From positions 1 through 41,350 of the IMG/VR virus record IMGVR_UViG_3300033145_001228: a stretch of DNA of 41,350 bases; one strand, written 5' to 3'. Positions 14,502-23,303 of this stretch are shown here, one piece after another (the stretch's first letter is position 1; each line of letters starts with the position of its first letter). This DNA comes from a virus. Position numbers and translations under genes: made by a program. Below the pieces are notes generated by a model. That model made no database searches. It worked only from the letters and a program-made list of their open reading frames with translations, and was not told the DNA's origin.

Positions 14502-16520
14502 TTATTTGCTTGCTTCTTGTCCTTGTTCCCCAGCCCCAGCACGATTTACCTCCAATCCTTCTATTTGCTCAGAAGCGCGATCAATGATGCGCTCATTAGC
14601 TCTCTGTTTACTTTTAATTGAAGCCCGCTCCTCAATATTCTTCATTTCTGTAATAATTGCTTCTCGCGTAGGAATAAACTTCTGCCAATCCTTATGGCCT
14701 TTTGATAAAAGATTGTCTTTAAGAATCTCCCAAGTATGTAGCAAACTACCGGCAACCATTGGCTGAGGCAATAACCTATCCATAAGATCATCAGAAATAG
14801 CAACCTGAAGCTGTTTATTAGAGCTTAGGCTGGTTCCCTTCCAAACAAAATCAAACTGTCCGGCCAAATCGTCTTTCTTCCAATACCGCTCAACATCCTT
14901 ATCCTGAAACTGTTGCATATTCGCATCAGTCGGAAATACAATCTCACCATCATCCCCGCGAATACGGCGCTCCAAACCAGGCGGCATATCTTCATGATAA
15001 TAATCTACGGTCCACTTAGCAATCTTCCTAAGCAGAATATGAACCCGCTGGACAAAGTTGTCAAGGCCAATATTGCCCTCAGCAACCGTTAAATCAACCT
15101 CGCCCTTAGTCTTTTGCCCGCCCTGCTGCCTTGCTGTTCCTGTTTGGAAGATAGAGATATTTGATAATCTTTCAGCAAAATTCAACAATGAAGCCTCAAG
15201 ATCAATACTAATTGCTGCTACCTCACCAACATTTAAAACCCTAATATCACCAGCGTTTTGTTCCTCCCATATCGCGCCAGGAAACACTTCCGGCCGCTCC
15301 CAATCCTCACCAGTGAGAGTTTTCTTCTTAACGAAGATCTTCTGCATAGCAATGTTGGCATTATTCATAATCGTGTTGTGAAGAGTATTTATCTCCCGCT
15401 GAGTATTCCAAAGCTTCTGACAAAGCGACCGACCCCAAAAATGCTCAGTCTCTTCATACATACCGCGAATATACACCCGCTCAGGAAACGGATTCCGATC
15501 ATGATACCAGTGGCTTATTGAAAGCAGCTCCTTAGCCTTAAAATCAATCTGACAGAATACTTCCTGCTCAATAGCATCCTTGTCCTCAAAATCAATTTCT
15601 TTCTGTGAATTGAATGGAAGTCGGCCATACCAATTGTAACAGGGCCTTAGAATGGCTCTGTGAGCAACAACTTTGTTGAATCCCTCAACATTCTTCTCCA
15701 TGTTGTTGTTTTCAACAGATTTCACACTATCTTCAATAAATCTGCCCTGCTTTGCCTTCATCCTCATATCATTGATCGTAAGCCAAAACCTATTACCTTC
15801 CCAATGCGGTCGCTTTGCGCGCTTCGCATTTCCGGCCCATACATAATCACGAAAATTAATATACTCTAGCTGAGGACCGTCTATAAGCTTCACATCCTCA
15901 GTAACAAACACATCCCGCTTACCGGAAGGTGTAAATCCATCAGATATGAGCCCTAAACTCTTATCCATAGCCTCTGGATCATCCGGAAGAATGTCAGCTG
16001 ATTCTCCGGTTTTATCTTTTGTAAAAGTATTTGCCTCTTCAATCGTAAAGCGCCGATCAAATTCCTGTGTAATATCATACCTTAAAACAGCAAACGGAAG
16101 TTTAATCATCTGCTTTATAAAGTAATTTGTATTCTCAAACAAAAGAATAACCTCACGCATGATCCCATCAACAAAATCCGTTACACCATCTGCCTTGTCC
16201 ACATCAGCCGCTTCCTCACCAACTGCCTGAAGATATGGCTCCTGGCTGAATAAAATCCTCATGGCGCGCGCGTGGATAGCATCAACCATCCATTCTGTCA
16301 TAGGAATGAAATAATCAGCTGCATTGTACCAGGGATAATCAGCTGTTGCTCCTGAATCCATATATTTAGTTATTTGAGCATATTGGCGCTCACATCGGCG
16401 GGCCATCTTGTAGACTATTTGATTTTGTGTGCGGGATACTGTTATTTCCTTTTCAATCACCTGAGCTATTATCTTAGATTTGGCTCGATCAATTTTGATC
16501 TCAAATTTCTTTTCACGCAT
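14502..16520 (-). CDS. Portal protein
   Basis: 672 aa. Downstream of TerL and upstream of scaffold/capsid. N-terminal region (..YPWYNAADYFIPMTEW..) resembles podovirus head-tail connector proteins. Confidence 0.75.
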   Translation of the reverse strand: MREKKFEIKIDRAKSKIIAQVIEKEITVSRTQNQIVYKMARRCERQYAQITKYMDSGATADYPWYNAADYFIPMTEWMVDAIHARAMRILFSQEPYLQAVGEEAADVDKADGVTDFVDGIMREVILLFENTNYFIKQMIKLPFAVLRYDITQEFDRRFTIEEANTFTKDKTGESADILPDDPEAMDKSLGLISDGFTPSGKRDVFVTEDVKLIDGPQLEYINFRDYVWAGNAKRAKRPHWEGNRFWLTINDMRMKAKQGRFIEDSVKSVENNNMEKNVEGFNKVVAHRAILRPCYNWYGRLPFNSQKEIDFEDKDAIEQEVFCQIDFKAKELLSISHWYHDRNPFPERVYIRGMYEETEHFWGRSLCQKLWNTQREINTLHNTIMNNANIAMQKIFVKKKTLTGEDWERPEVFPGAIWEEQNAGDIRVLNVGEVAAISIDLEASLLNFAERLSNISIFQTGTARQQGGQKTKGEVDLTVAEGNIGLDNFVQRVHILLRKIAKWTVDYYHEDMPPGLERRIRGDDGEIVFPTDANMQQFQDKDVERYWKKDDLAGQFDFVWKGTSLSSNKQLQVAISDDLMDRLLPQPMVAGSLLHTWEILKDNLLSKGHKDWQKFIPTREAIITEMKNIEERASIKSKQRANERIIDRASEQIEGLEVNRAGAGEQGQEASK

Positions 16521-16595
16521 AAATTAGCCTTTGGTTAGGTTAAAAGTAGGCTCTGCCCCCACTTGCCAGCTTGCGTACTGGGAATTTCCTTTAAT

Positions 16596-16880
16596 TTATT
16601 TTCCGAACAAACTCATAATTGAGTTTATTATACTGAATCCTTTAATGTTAACAACCCCCATTGCATAGGCACTTGCTTTCGCGGTGTCAGAATTATCAAG
16701 ATTAAAAGCCCCTATCTCTGCACCAAGATCAATATGCTTAGATGTAAAAACAATATCATCAGATTTGACCTTGATACCTAAATCCATTTCATCCAACATT
16801 TCAATATTGTATGCAAACGCGGGTGAAACTACTGCAAACATCAACAACATTACTACTGCGATTACAATTACTTTCTTCAT
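16596..16880 (-). CDS. Small secreted protein between TerL and portal (94 aa)
   Basis: MKKVIVIAVVMLLMFAVVSPAFA|Y Sec-type signal. SD AGGAGG upstream. Confidence 0.55.
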   Translation of the reverse strand: MKKVIVIAVVMLLMFAVVSPAFAYNIEMLDEMDLGIKVKSDDIVFTSKHIDLGAEIGAFNLDNSDTAKASAYAMGVVNIKGFSIINSIMSLFGK

Positions 16881-16996
16881 TTTTTTCCTCCTGTTTGGTT
16901 AGTTTAAACAAAATAAAAATCTTAAAAACACAATATGACGAACAAAATATTTATCATGTTCTAAAATTGTTCCATCTGGAAAGTTAATCTTTCTCA

Positions 16997-18325
16997 TTAC
17001 ATATTATCCATCGATCCAGGCTTCTTCTTTTCTCCTCGCTGTCCAGTAGACTTCAGCGGCGAAAATCTATTAACTGCAACATACTCTAACGCGTTCATAG
17101 GATGTTCATAAAATCCATCCTTAAAAGGAATATCAAATTTATAGGTTGATTGTTGCCCTTCTTTTTTGACAGGATAATGATACCCTCCTAAAAAGCCATC
17201 ATTAATTATTCTACAACTAGGGTCTACTACGATTAATGGTAATCCACTCTGCAATGTATTTATCTTACTCTCAATAATCTCTTTACGCAAGCGATATTCT
17301 GAAACTTTAGTATGGATGAAAATTTTCTTTTGCTGTAGTATTTGATGTGATGTTTGTTCTGACTTATCATTAACCTGATGAAATGCCGGATCTCCGAAAT
17401 ATCTAATGTTGGCATTAGGAAAATTCTCATTTAAAAAAGGAACAACCTGAAGCTCCGCAAACCTCTCAGTTGTAATGTCCGTTCCCATGAGCTCACGCAA
17501 AATCTTCCAATACGGCCCATCGATCTGAGTTACCACAAAAGCTTGATGATGGTAGCCAGGATCCCAACCACAATCAATCGGAAGCTGAGGATTCCAACTG
17601 CATTTACGCTTGTGAACCATCTCTATGTAGCCCTCATAGTACGGCTTACCATCCGGCGTGAAGCCATATTGCCCTTCCAGGTACTTTTTACGCCAGGATG
17701 GGGGTAAATGCTCTAAAGATTCTATGTAATCAGGCGGTAAATGCTCTTTATTCTCATAAGTCGAGGCATGAAAGGTAGCATGGCCAGGGTTGTTTTCAAG
17801 CTCAAATACCCTATAAATCCAGTGATCCTCATTAGGCGGGTTTGATACAAGCCACCCGCAGCGCCTATCTGAGAGGGTTGAGGATAAGCGGCCCTTGAGA
17901 TATTCAAACATAGTCTCTTCAATCTCTTCAGCCTCATCAATAAAAAACCAAGACAAATTCAAAGATCCGAGCTTTTTACCATTCTTCAGATGCCGGTAAA
18001 GGATTGTTGAGCCATTCCTGAGCATAATCCTATGTTCGGTCCGGTGATGTTCTTTTACAAAATCTTCAGGAATAACTTCGTCAAGGAGTGTTTTAATCGT
18101 GGTATCACGCAAGTCAACATAATCCTTGCGGAATATAACGCCGGTACAGCCAGGATAGGCAAGGCATTGTTTAAATACTTCAATACAGCCGGCATAAGTC
18201 TTACCCGCGCGCCATGCACCTATGTATAATCTGTACTTTGCTTCCGATAAATGAAAGTCTGATTGCTTTGGAAGAGGTTCGTAATCAATATCTAATGCCA
18301 AATTATTCTCTTGAGTTTCTGGCAA
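16997..18325 (-). CDS. terL: Terminase large subunit
   Basis: Walker A GAWRAGKT, Walker B WFFIDEAEE, C-terminal nuclease region with GWDPGYHH. 442 aa. Confidence 0.9.
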   Translation of the reverse strand: MPETQENNLALDIDYEPLPKQSDFHLSEAKYRLYIGAWRAGKTYAGCIEVFKQCLAYPGCTGVIFRKDYVDLRDTTIKTLLDEVIPEDFVKEHHRTEHRIMLRNGSTILYRHLKNGKKLGSLNLSWFFIDEAEEIEETMFEYLKGRLSSTLSDRRCGWLVSNPPNEDHWIYRVFELENNPGHATFHASTYENKEHLPPDYIESLEHLPPSWRKKYLEGQYGFTPDGKPYYEGYIEMVHKRKCSWNPQLPIDCGWDPGYHHQAFVVTQIDGPYWKILRELMGTDITTERFAELQVVPFLNENFPNANIRYFGDPAFHQVNDKSEQTSHQILQQKKIFIHTKVSEYRLRKEIIESKINTLQSGLPLIVVDPSCRIINDGFLGGYHYPVKKEGQQSTYKFDIPFKDGFYEHPMNALEYVAVNRFSPLKSTGQRGEKKKPGSMDNM

Positions 18326-18803
18326 CTGATTCCATCTCCTGTTTTGTCATGAACATTGCAGCATTTTTAATATTAACCTGAATCGCGGTAACACCATCAT
18401 TCTTACTATCTTCATCACCGCCATAATCACCATAAAGCTTCAAGCTTAATTCAACAGCTTTCCCAATTGCAGCATTATCCGGAACAAAATCTAGTAATAC
18501 TGAATCAACTTTTTTTGCATCAAGAAGATAACTTAATCTTTTATAAACTCTGGACCGAGTTATCTTAGCTCTGGCCAAACTTCCGTTAATTTGCTCTTGA
18601 ACAAAGTTCTTTACCTCCGGCTTACCTAATCTTTGACAAACTGCTTGACGAGTAATGCCTAATCTCTTAGCAACTTCATTGCCATTCAAATCAGTTTCTA
18701 TGTAAAGTCTAGTTAAGTGCTTATCCTGATCTTTTACTTCTTTTAAAGGCTTCTCCTTAGCTTTCTTTTTTGGTTTAGATTTTTTAGTTTTCTTTTTTAT
18801 CAT
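18303..18803 (-). CDS. terS: Terminase small subunit candidate (HTH protein)
   Basis: Lys-rich N-terminus, then the HTH NGNEVAKRLGITRQAVCQRL. Overlaps the TerL start by 23 nt. Confidence 0.65.
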   Translation of the reverse strand: MIKKKTKKSKPKKKAKEKPLKEVKDQDKHLTRLYIETDLNGNEVAKRLGITRQAVCQRLGKPEVKNFVQEQINGSLARAKITRSRVYKRLSYLLDAKKVDSVLLDFVPDNAAIGKAVELSLKLYGDYGGDEDSKNDGVTAIQVNIKNAAMFMTKQEMESVARNSRE

Positions 18804-18845
18804 AATAAAAATGCCGGACCAAGATCATGACGATCCGGATCCGGC
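18804..18845 (-). terminator. GC-rich hairpin plus U-run immediately before the terS ATG
   Basis: On the minus strand, GCCGGAtCCGGATCgtcatGATCttggTCCGGC is followed by ATTTTTATT and then ATG. There is no SD for terS. Confidence 0.45.
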
Positions 18846-18878
18846 TGTAAGAGAGGAGAAAAAACGAGTAACACTTTT

Positions 18879-18907
18879 ATAGTAAAGTAAAAATATGATT
18901 TTGTCAA
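18879..18907 (-). promoter_or_regulatory. Sigma70-type promoter (late block)
   Basis: On the minus strand: TTGACA - 17 nt - TACTAT. Confidence 0.6.
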
Positions 18908-19191
18908 ACATTTTCCTTTTCAAATAATTTAATAAGCGCACCAATGCAATTCTCAACATCTACTTCTTCCAGCGGGGCGTTTAATTGAGTAATCAAAATA
19001 TACTCTATCTGGTGTCTTTCCGGCATTTCCGCCCTAGCCTTTATAATCTCTTGTTTGAGATAGGGGTCAAGGGCTTTAGCTAATTCCTCAGTAGATATAT
19101 CAGATTCATACCAAACCATTAAATCTCTATGGATGTCTTTCCCATTATCAAGCAATATTCGTTCAATCTCCGGCTTCTTAATGTCTTTCAT
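18904..19191 (-). CDS. Hypothetical protein (95 aa)
   Basis: ORF with GGAGG upstream; acidic, helical. Confidence 0.6.
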   Translation of the reverse strand: MKDIKKPEIERILLDNGKDIHRDLMVWYESDISTEELAKALDPYLKQEIIKARAEMPERHQIEYILITQLNAPLEEVDVENCIGALIKLFEKENV

Positions 19192-19239
19192 AGAACCTCC
19201 AATAAAGACCTTAGTAGGTCTGAGTTAAACCGTTTAGGT

Positions 19240-19500
19240 CTAGCCATCGCCATAGCCATAGCCAGAGCAATCGCCAGAGCCAGAGCCAGAGCCAGAGCCA
19301 TAGCCATAGCCAGAGCCATAGCCAGAGCCAGAGCCATCGCCAGAGCCATCGCCATAGCCATAGCCATCGCCATAGCCATAGCCAGAGCCATCGCCAGAGC
19401 CAGAGCCAGAGCCATCGCCAGAGCCAGAGCCAGAGCCATAGCCATAGCCAGAGCCATAGCCAGAGCCAGAGAGCTTGCCTATCATGTCTATTTTTTCCAT
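19240..19500 (-). CDS. Gly/Ser/Tyr/Asp repeat peptide (86 aa)
   Basis: MEKIDMIGKLSGSGYGSGYGYGSGSGSGDG... The ATG at 19500 is preceded by AAAGGAGTTAAACA. The other two frames open over the repeat have no comparable start context. Confidence 0.6.
   Translation of the reverse strand: MEKIDMIGKLSGSGYGSGYGYGSGSGSGDGSGSGSGDGSGYGYGDGYGYGDGSGDGSGSGYGSGYGYGSGSGSGSGDCSGYGYGDG
19243..19470. repeat. Tandem hexanucleotide repeat, about 38 units of GCC-A[GT][AC] on the plus strand
   Basis: Uninterrupted run of gccata/gccaga/gccatc units. Open in three frames. Confidence 0.9.
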
Positions 19501-19844
19501 TGTTTAACTCCTTTTATACTATCCATGGCCTTTTTAGTGCATGATATTATTTCAACAGCTTCAGTTAAATAAATTTCTGTAACTTCACACGGAAATTTAC
19601 AGTTTTCAGGTTTGCTTACGCCATCCATCGCTAACTGTGATAGAGAAGCCGCACCATCCCAATACCAAAGTCTACGAGCATTTTTTAGAAAAACTTCCTT
19701 ACCTTTCCTTTCAACCAGTTCCCCTGCGTGAACTCCTGCTGAGTAGGTTCTCACGATAACGTAATTCTTTTCAACTTCTTTTGATGTTGAATCTTTCCTT
19801 ACATACTCGACTTCATCAATCTTGATTGTTTCTGGTTTGCTCAT
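19488..19844 (-). CDS. Conserved-looking hypothetical protein (118 aa)
   Basis: ORF with AGGAGGAG upstream. The motif VIVRTYSAGVHAGEL...ARRLWYWDGAASLSQLA resembles a widespread phage protein family of unknown function (recollection only). Confidence 0.65.
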   Translation of the reverse strand: MSKPETIKIDEVEYVRKDSTSKEVEKNYVIVRTYSAGVHAGELVERKGKEVFLKNARRLWYWDGAASLSQLAMDGVSKPENCKFPCEVTEIYLTEAVEIISCTKKAMDSIKGVKQWKK

Positions 19845-19882
19845 TTCTCCTCCTTTTGGTTAGTTTTGTTTATAATATACTT

Positions 19883-20158
19883 TCATAGACCTAGCTCCTC
19901 TTTCATTTTTCTAATCGCTTGGTTGTAGCCGATTTCCATTGACCTAGCCTGTATATCTGCCAATTCTTTGTCAGCATGGGTTATTTTCCCAAGAAACCAC
20001 TCTTTGCTCTTCTCCTTCAGCATACGTTCCTTAATCCAAGAGAGGATGGCGGAGGATAAAAACCTAGCTTTAGAATGATTTACAACTCCAAAATTAACAC
20101 TCAATTCTTTACTCTTTGAAGGATTCATTAATACCTCTTCTAATGTCTTTTTTGTCAT
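19883..20158 (-). CDS. Hypothetical protein (91 aa)
   Basis: ORF; ATGA overlap with the upstream micro-ORF. Confidence 0.6.
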   Translation of the reverse strand: MTKKTLEEVLMNPSKSKELSVNFGVVNHSKARFLSSAILSWIKERMLKEKSKEWFLGKITHADKELADIQARSMEIGYNQAIRKMKEELGL

Positions 20159-20313
20159 AGGTTTGGACTCCAGTATTCCGCAGTTTTAACCAGAAACAAC
20201 ATACTAGCAACAGCCCATCCAAGTTCTCCAAGAATGCAAGATAGTATTAACGCACATAGACAGGCTATCGGAGAAAGCACTTTACTAATATTGTCTAATG
20301 TCTGTTCTTTCAT
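20155..20313 (-). CDS. 52-aa single-pass membrane micro-protein
   Basis: GAGAGGAGAACG-ATG. MKEQTLDNISKVLSPIACLCALILSCILGELGWAVASMLFLVKTAEYWSPNL. Confidence 0.45.
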   Translation of the reverse strand: MKEQTLDNISKVLSPIACLCALILSCILGELGWAVASMLFLVKTAEYWSPNL

Positions 20314-20407
20314 CGTTCTCCTCTCTAAGTTTTATCACAACCCTATACGTACTAAAAAACCAAATACACACCACTGATATTATAAACACTCCCCAAGCGA
20401 TAATCAT
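20282..20407 (-). CDS. 41-aa membrane micro-protein, paralog of 22981-23085
   Basis: MIIAWGVFIISVVCIWFFSTYRVV...; ATGA overlap with the stop of 20404-20661. Confidence 0.35.
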
Positions 20408-20661
20408 GGTTTTAATAGCCTCCATCTGTAGGGAGTCTTTTTTCTTTCATTGTGGTCTTTGCCATAGTGCATAACAGTTTTATGCTCTCCGATGTATTTA
20501 TTGTGATTAATAACAATAAGCTCAACGTAGTGCATTCTCTCTTGAAGTTCGTCTATTCGCTTAGGCTCACTTATTCTGTCGCTCTCCGTACCTACAAAGT
20601 GCATAGCAAAAATAATCACTGAGCAAATTATGAGAAATACAAATAGTTTATCTTTTTTCAT
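20404..20661 (-). CDS. Hypothetical N-terminally anchored protein (85 aa)
   Basis: MKKDKLFVFLIICSVIIFAMHFVG; 4-nt overlap with the upstream gene. Confidence 0.6.
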   Translation of the reverse strand: MKKDKLFVFLIICSVIIFAMHFVGTESDRISEPKRIDELQERMHYVELIVINHNKYIGEHKTVMHYGKDHNERKKTPYRWRLLKP

Positions 20662-20921
20662 TTCTTAGTCTCCAATGTAATTTTTCTAGTTTCATAATTT
20701 ATCTGAAGAAACAATCCATCTTTAGTAATTTCAGCCAGCGTTGGAAGATGATATGTTTCAATAATCGAATCCCAATTCTTATCTCTCATTAAAATTGCTT
20801 GTGTCTCTAAATTCTGCAAGGTTAAACGCTGAGAAGTTATTGATGACATCTGAGCCTCAATAGCTTTAAAAACATCAACAAACTTCTGATCAACTGTTGC
20901 TAATTGATGATCACATGTCAT
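20658..20921 (-). CDS. Hypothetical protein (87 aa)
   Basis: ORF coupled by overlaps on both sides. Confidence 0.6.
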   Translation of the reverse strand: MTCDHQLATVDQKFVDVFKAIEAQMSSITSQRLTLQNLETQAILMRDKNWDSIIETYHLPTLAEITKDGLFLQINYETRKITLETKK

Positions 20922-23026
20922 TTTAATCCAGCCTTTTTTATCATATTCAGATTATGCCGCGCATCCTCCAATCTTGGATTAATAGAAAGAGCTTTATTTA
21001 AGAATAAAGTAGCCGTTTGATAGCGCTTCTGGATCAACTCAAACGATCCTAAATTACACCATCCAACATCATAGCGCGGAAAATTATTCACAAGATTAAT
21101 GGTAATAATATAAGACTCCTCAAGCCGGCCAGTATTCCGGAGAACCTGACAAAGCTTATCACCACCATCTAAGAATATTAGATCCCGCTTATTAACATTC
21201 ATATTTGACATAAATTCTCGATAATATTGTTCGGCCTTCTGAATATCTTCCTGATGTTTGGATTCTTTTGATATTTCAAACCAGGCATCAGCAAGCTTCT
21301 TAACAAGAAGAATCCGAAGCTCTTGAATATCAACCGCCATATTATTAATAACAACTTCATCTTGAGCATAAATTGGAGCAAGCATCTCAACAACCTTCAA
21401 ATAATCCTCTTCCCGATAATACAGCTCAGCTAAGTTTATAGCTGATCCAATACTCTGTGTCTCATCATAAGCCTTATGAAATGACTGCTTGGCCGCCATT
21501 ATCTGACCATTCTTTTGGCAACATAACCCACGTAAAATCCACATCTTGTCAGTAAGAGGATCTGGTTTCTCAGGATCAGGAGGAAATTTCTCAAAACATT
21601 TATCAATATACTTAATAGCCTTAATATTATTCTTATGCCCGCCCTGTATCATAAGAGAATTAACAATAGCAAAGTAATTAAGCGAGTGCGGATCCCCTTC
21701 CATGTCAGCATGAGCAAGCTTCAAGTTGCGGAGGTTCTTCCTCTTCACATCTTTCCACATACGATTTCCAAGATGATGACAAACAATATTGGACCGGCTA
21801 ACCTTAGCGCCGGCCTCAAGCATTGAAAATGTAACATCTTCATGCAGCTTATTGCGGAAATAAAAACCTTTCCCATTCTTAAATAGCCGATTATGAAGAA
21901 GGATCTCTTTCGTGCCTTTCTCTGTGTAGCTGTGAACCTCACATTTAAAGGCATCCGCTTCCGGATTCCGCATAATATAATCTTTAAGTATAAAAGGGTT
22001 ATCAATAAAATCATCTGTGTCATGCCATAAAATATAATCTTTGGTTGCCATTTCTAAAGACTTATTTCTCATTTCACTGAAATCAGTGAAATGAATGTAC
22101 TGCCATCCTATAGAATTTTCACCATTTTTAATCATATAATTATGGCAAAACTTTACAAACTTTTTACCAAAATTAAAAGACCTATGATTTTTATAATTAA
22201 AAACAATCTTAACCTCATCAACCCACCCATCAAAGCTTGACAATGCCCTCTTCAATACCTCCGGCTTCTCAGAATCAGCTACAATCATGCACACAGAAAT
22301 AGTAGCCTTACAATCCCTCAGCAACACCTTCATAATCTTAGAAACATCATTCTTAGCTGAATCCTTAACCCACCGCTTAAGCGCCGCGCCATCCCGATCG
22401 TACATACTCTGGCTATTTGTATATTCATAAATCTTATCCTTCTCAACCTTTTCATTCATAAAATGATTATGCTCAATAACAACCTCCGGCAAATAATATA
22501 GCCGGTTAATACCTCTACCGATCGTATACCACACATTATCACCGCAAAGATGTGTGAGCGAAGGCATCTGAAGATAGCCAACCGCGCGGACAATATCACC
22601 TGATATAACAGAAGTGGTACACATATTCTGACCCTGAATCTTATCATCACCGAAAGCTATCCCGCTACCAGTATTCTTCTTGATCACATCCATCAACTTC
22701 AGATCCCAATTCTTTGTGTGAAAGATAAAATCATCATTGCAAGGCATGTAATAATCCATATCCGGAAAGGATTCTGTTGCTATTCCGTTGAATATTTCCG
22801 TAATTGTCTTTTGCTTACCTATCATATATGGATACGGCTTGATATGCTGACGATACCTCTGCAACTCAGGATCATTATCATCAAGATAAAAAAGGACAGT
22901 TGTGTCGCGTGAAGCTGTTTTCTCAAAAGACTGAATAAACTTCTTCAACATCTTTGGCCGGCCGCGTGTAGGCACAATTACTAATAATTTCTTTCCTTCA
23001 ATTTGTTCAGTGTTTTTAGAATCCAT
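20918..23026 (-). CDS. Two GT-A glycosyltransferase domains fused to C-terminal TPR repeats (702 aa)
   Basis: Domain 1: LLVIVPTRGRP...FYLDDNDPE. Domain 2: ISVCMIVADSEKPEVLKRALSS...ILWHDTDDF. The C-terminal third has TPR-like repeats (AINLAELYYREEDYLKVVEML, NLGSFELIQKRYQTATLFLNKALSINP). Confidence 0.7.
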   Translation of the reverse strand: MDSKNTEQIEGKKLLVIVPTRGRPKMLKKFIQSFEKTASRDTTVLFYLDDNDPELQRYRQHIKPYPYMIGKQKTITEIFNGIATESFPDMDYYMPCNDDFIFHTKNWDLKLMDVIKKNTGSGIAFGDDKIQGQNMCTTSVISGDIVRAVGYLQMPSLTHLCGDNVWYTIGRGINRLYYLPEVVIEHNHFMNEKVEKDKIYEYTNSQSMYDRDGAALKRWVKDSAKNDVSKIMKVLLRDCKATISVCMIVADSEKPEVLKRALSSFDGWVDEVKIVFNYKNHRSFNFGKKFVKFCHNYMIKNGENSIGWQYIHFTDFSEMRNKSLEMATKDYILWHDTDDFIDNPFILKDYIMRNPEADAFKCEVHSYTEKGTKEILLHNRLFKNGKGFYFRNKLHEDVTFSMLEAGAKVSRSNIVCHHLGNRMWKDVKRKNLRNLKLAHADMEGDPHSLNYFAIVNSLMIQGGHKNNIKAIKYIDKCFEKFPPDPEKPDPLTDKMWILRGLCCQKNGQIMAAKQSFHKAYDETQSIGSAINLAELYYREEDYLKVVEMLAPIYAQDEVVINNMAVDIQELRILLVKKLADAWFEISKESKHQEDIQKAEQYYREFMSNMNVNKRDLIFLDGGDKLCQVLRNTGRLEESYIITINLVNNFPRYDVGWCNLGSFELIQKRYQTATLFLNKALSINPRLEDARHNLNMIKKAGLK

Positions 23027-23085
23027 TTAGGTCCTTTCAAGATAAAAAACATTGATATTATAAATACAACCCACACAATAATCAT
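22981..23085 (-). CDS. 34-aa membrane micro-protein, paralog of 20282-20407
   Basis: MIIVWVVFIISMFFILKG... The first 33 nt are nearly the same as at 20407. Overlaps the start of the GT gene in another frame. Confidence 0.3.
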   Translation of the reverse strand: MIIVWVVFIISMFFILKGPKWILKTLNKLKERNY

Positions 23086-23235
23086 CTAATCTTCCCCATT
23101 CATCCCCTTTTCATAATCCTCTACCTTCCTCTGCGCCCTGTTACATTGAATATGCGTCATTATAGCAGCTATAACAATAGACAAAACTAATGCTACAAAG
23201 AACCAATCTTTCATATCAAACCACCAGTCTTTCAT
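23086..23235 (-). CDS. 49-aa single-pass membrane micro-protein
   Basis: GAAAGGAGAATC-ATG. MKDWWFDMKDWFFVALVLSIVIAAIMTHIQ... Confidence 0.5.
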   Translation of the reverse strand: MKDWWFDMKDWFFVALVLSIVIAAIMTHIQCNRAQRKVEDYEKGMNGED

Positions 23236-23303
23236 GATTCTCCTTTCAAATCCTCTAAGGCGTGCTGAGGTGACTACATTCCTTTCGATTTGTAATCCAC
23301 GCC

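Noticed and set aside
16521-16595. tRNA or other small RNA genes in the few intergenic gaps (16521-16595, 16881-16996, 11891-12045).
   Set aside because: No cloverleaf-compatible arms and no T-loop GTTCRANYC-type box are visible on either strand. The gaps carry SD-proximal AACTAACCAAA..GGAGG leader sequences instead.
19243-19470. Possible CRISPR array or other spaced repeat.
   Set aside because: The units are 6 nt and contiguous with no spacers. This is a coding microsatellite, not a CRISPR array. No repeat-spacer architecture occurs anywhere in the window.
19129-19572. Two further open frames over the hexamer repeat: Ala-Ile-Arg on the plus strand, and Ala-Met-Leu at 19188-19457 on the minus strand.
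   Set aside because: A pure hexanucleotide repeat is open in several frames by construction. Only the Gly/Ser/Tyr frame has an SD-ATG coupled to the upstream gene.
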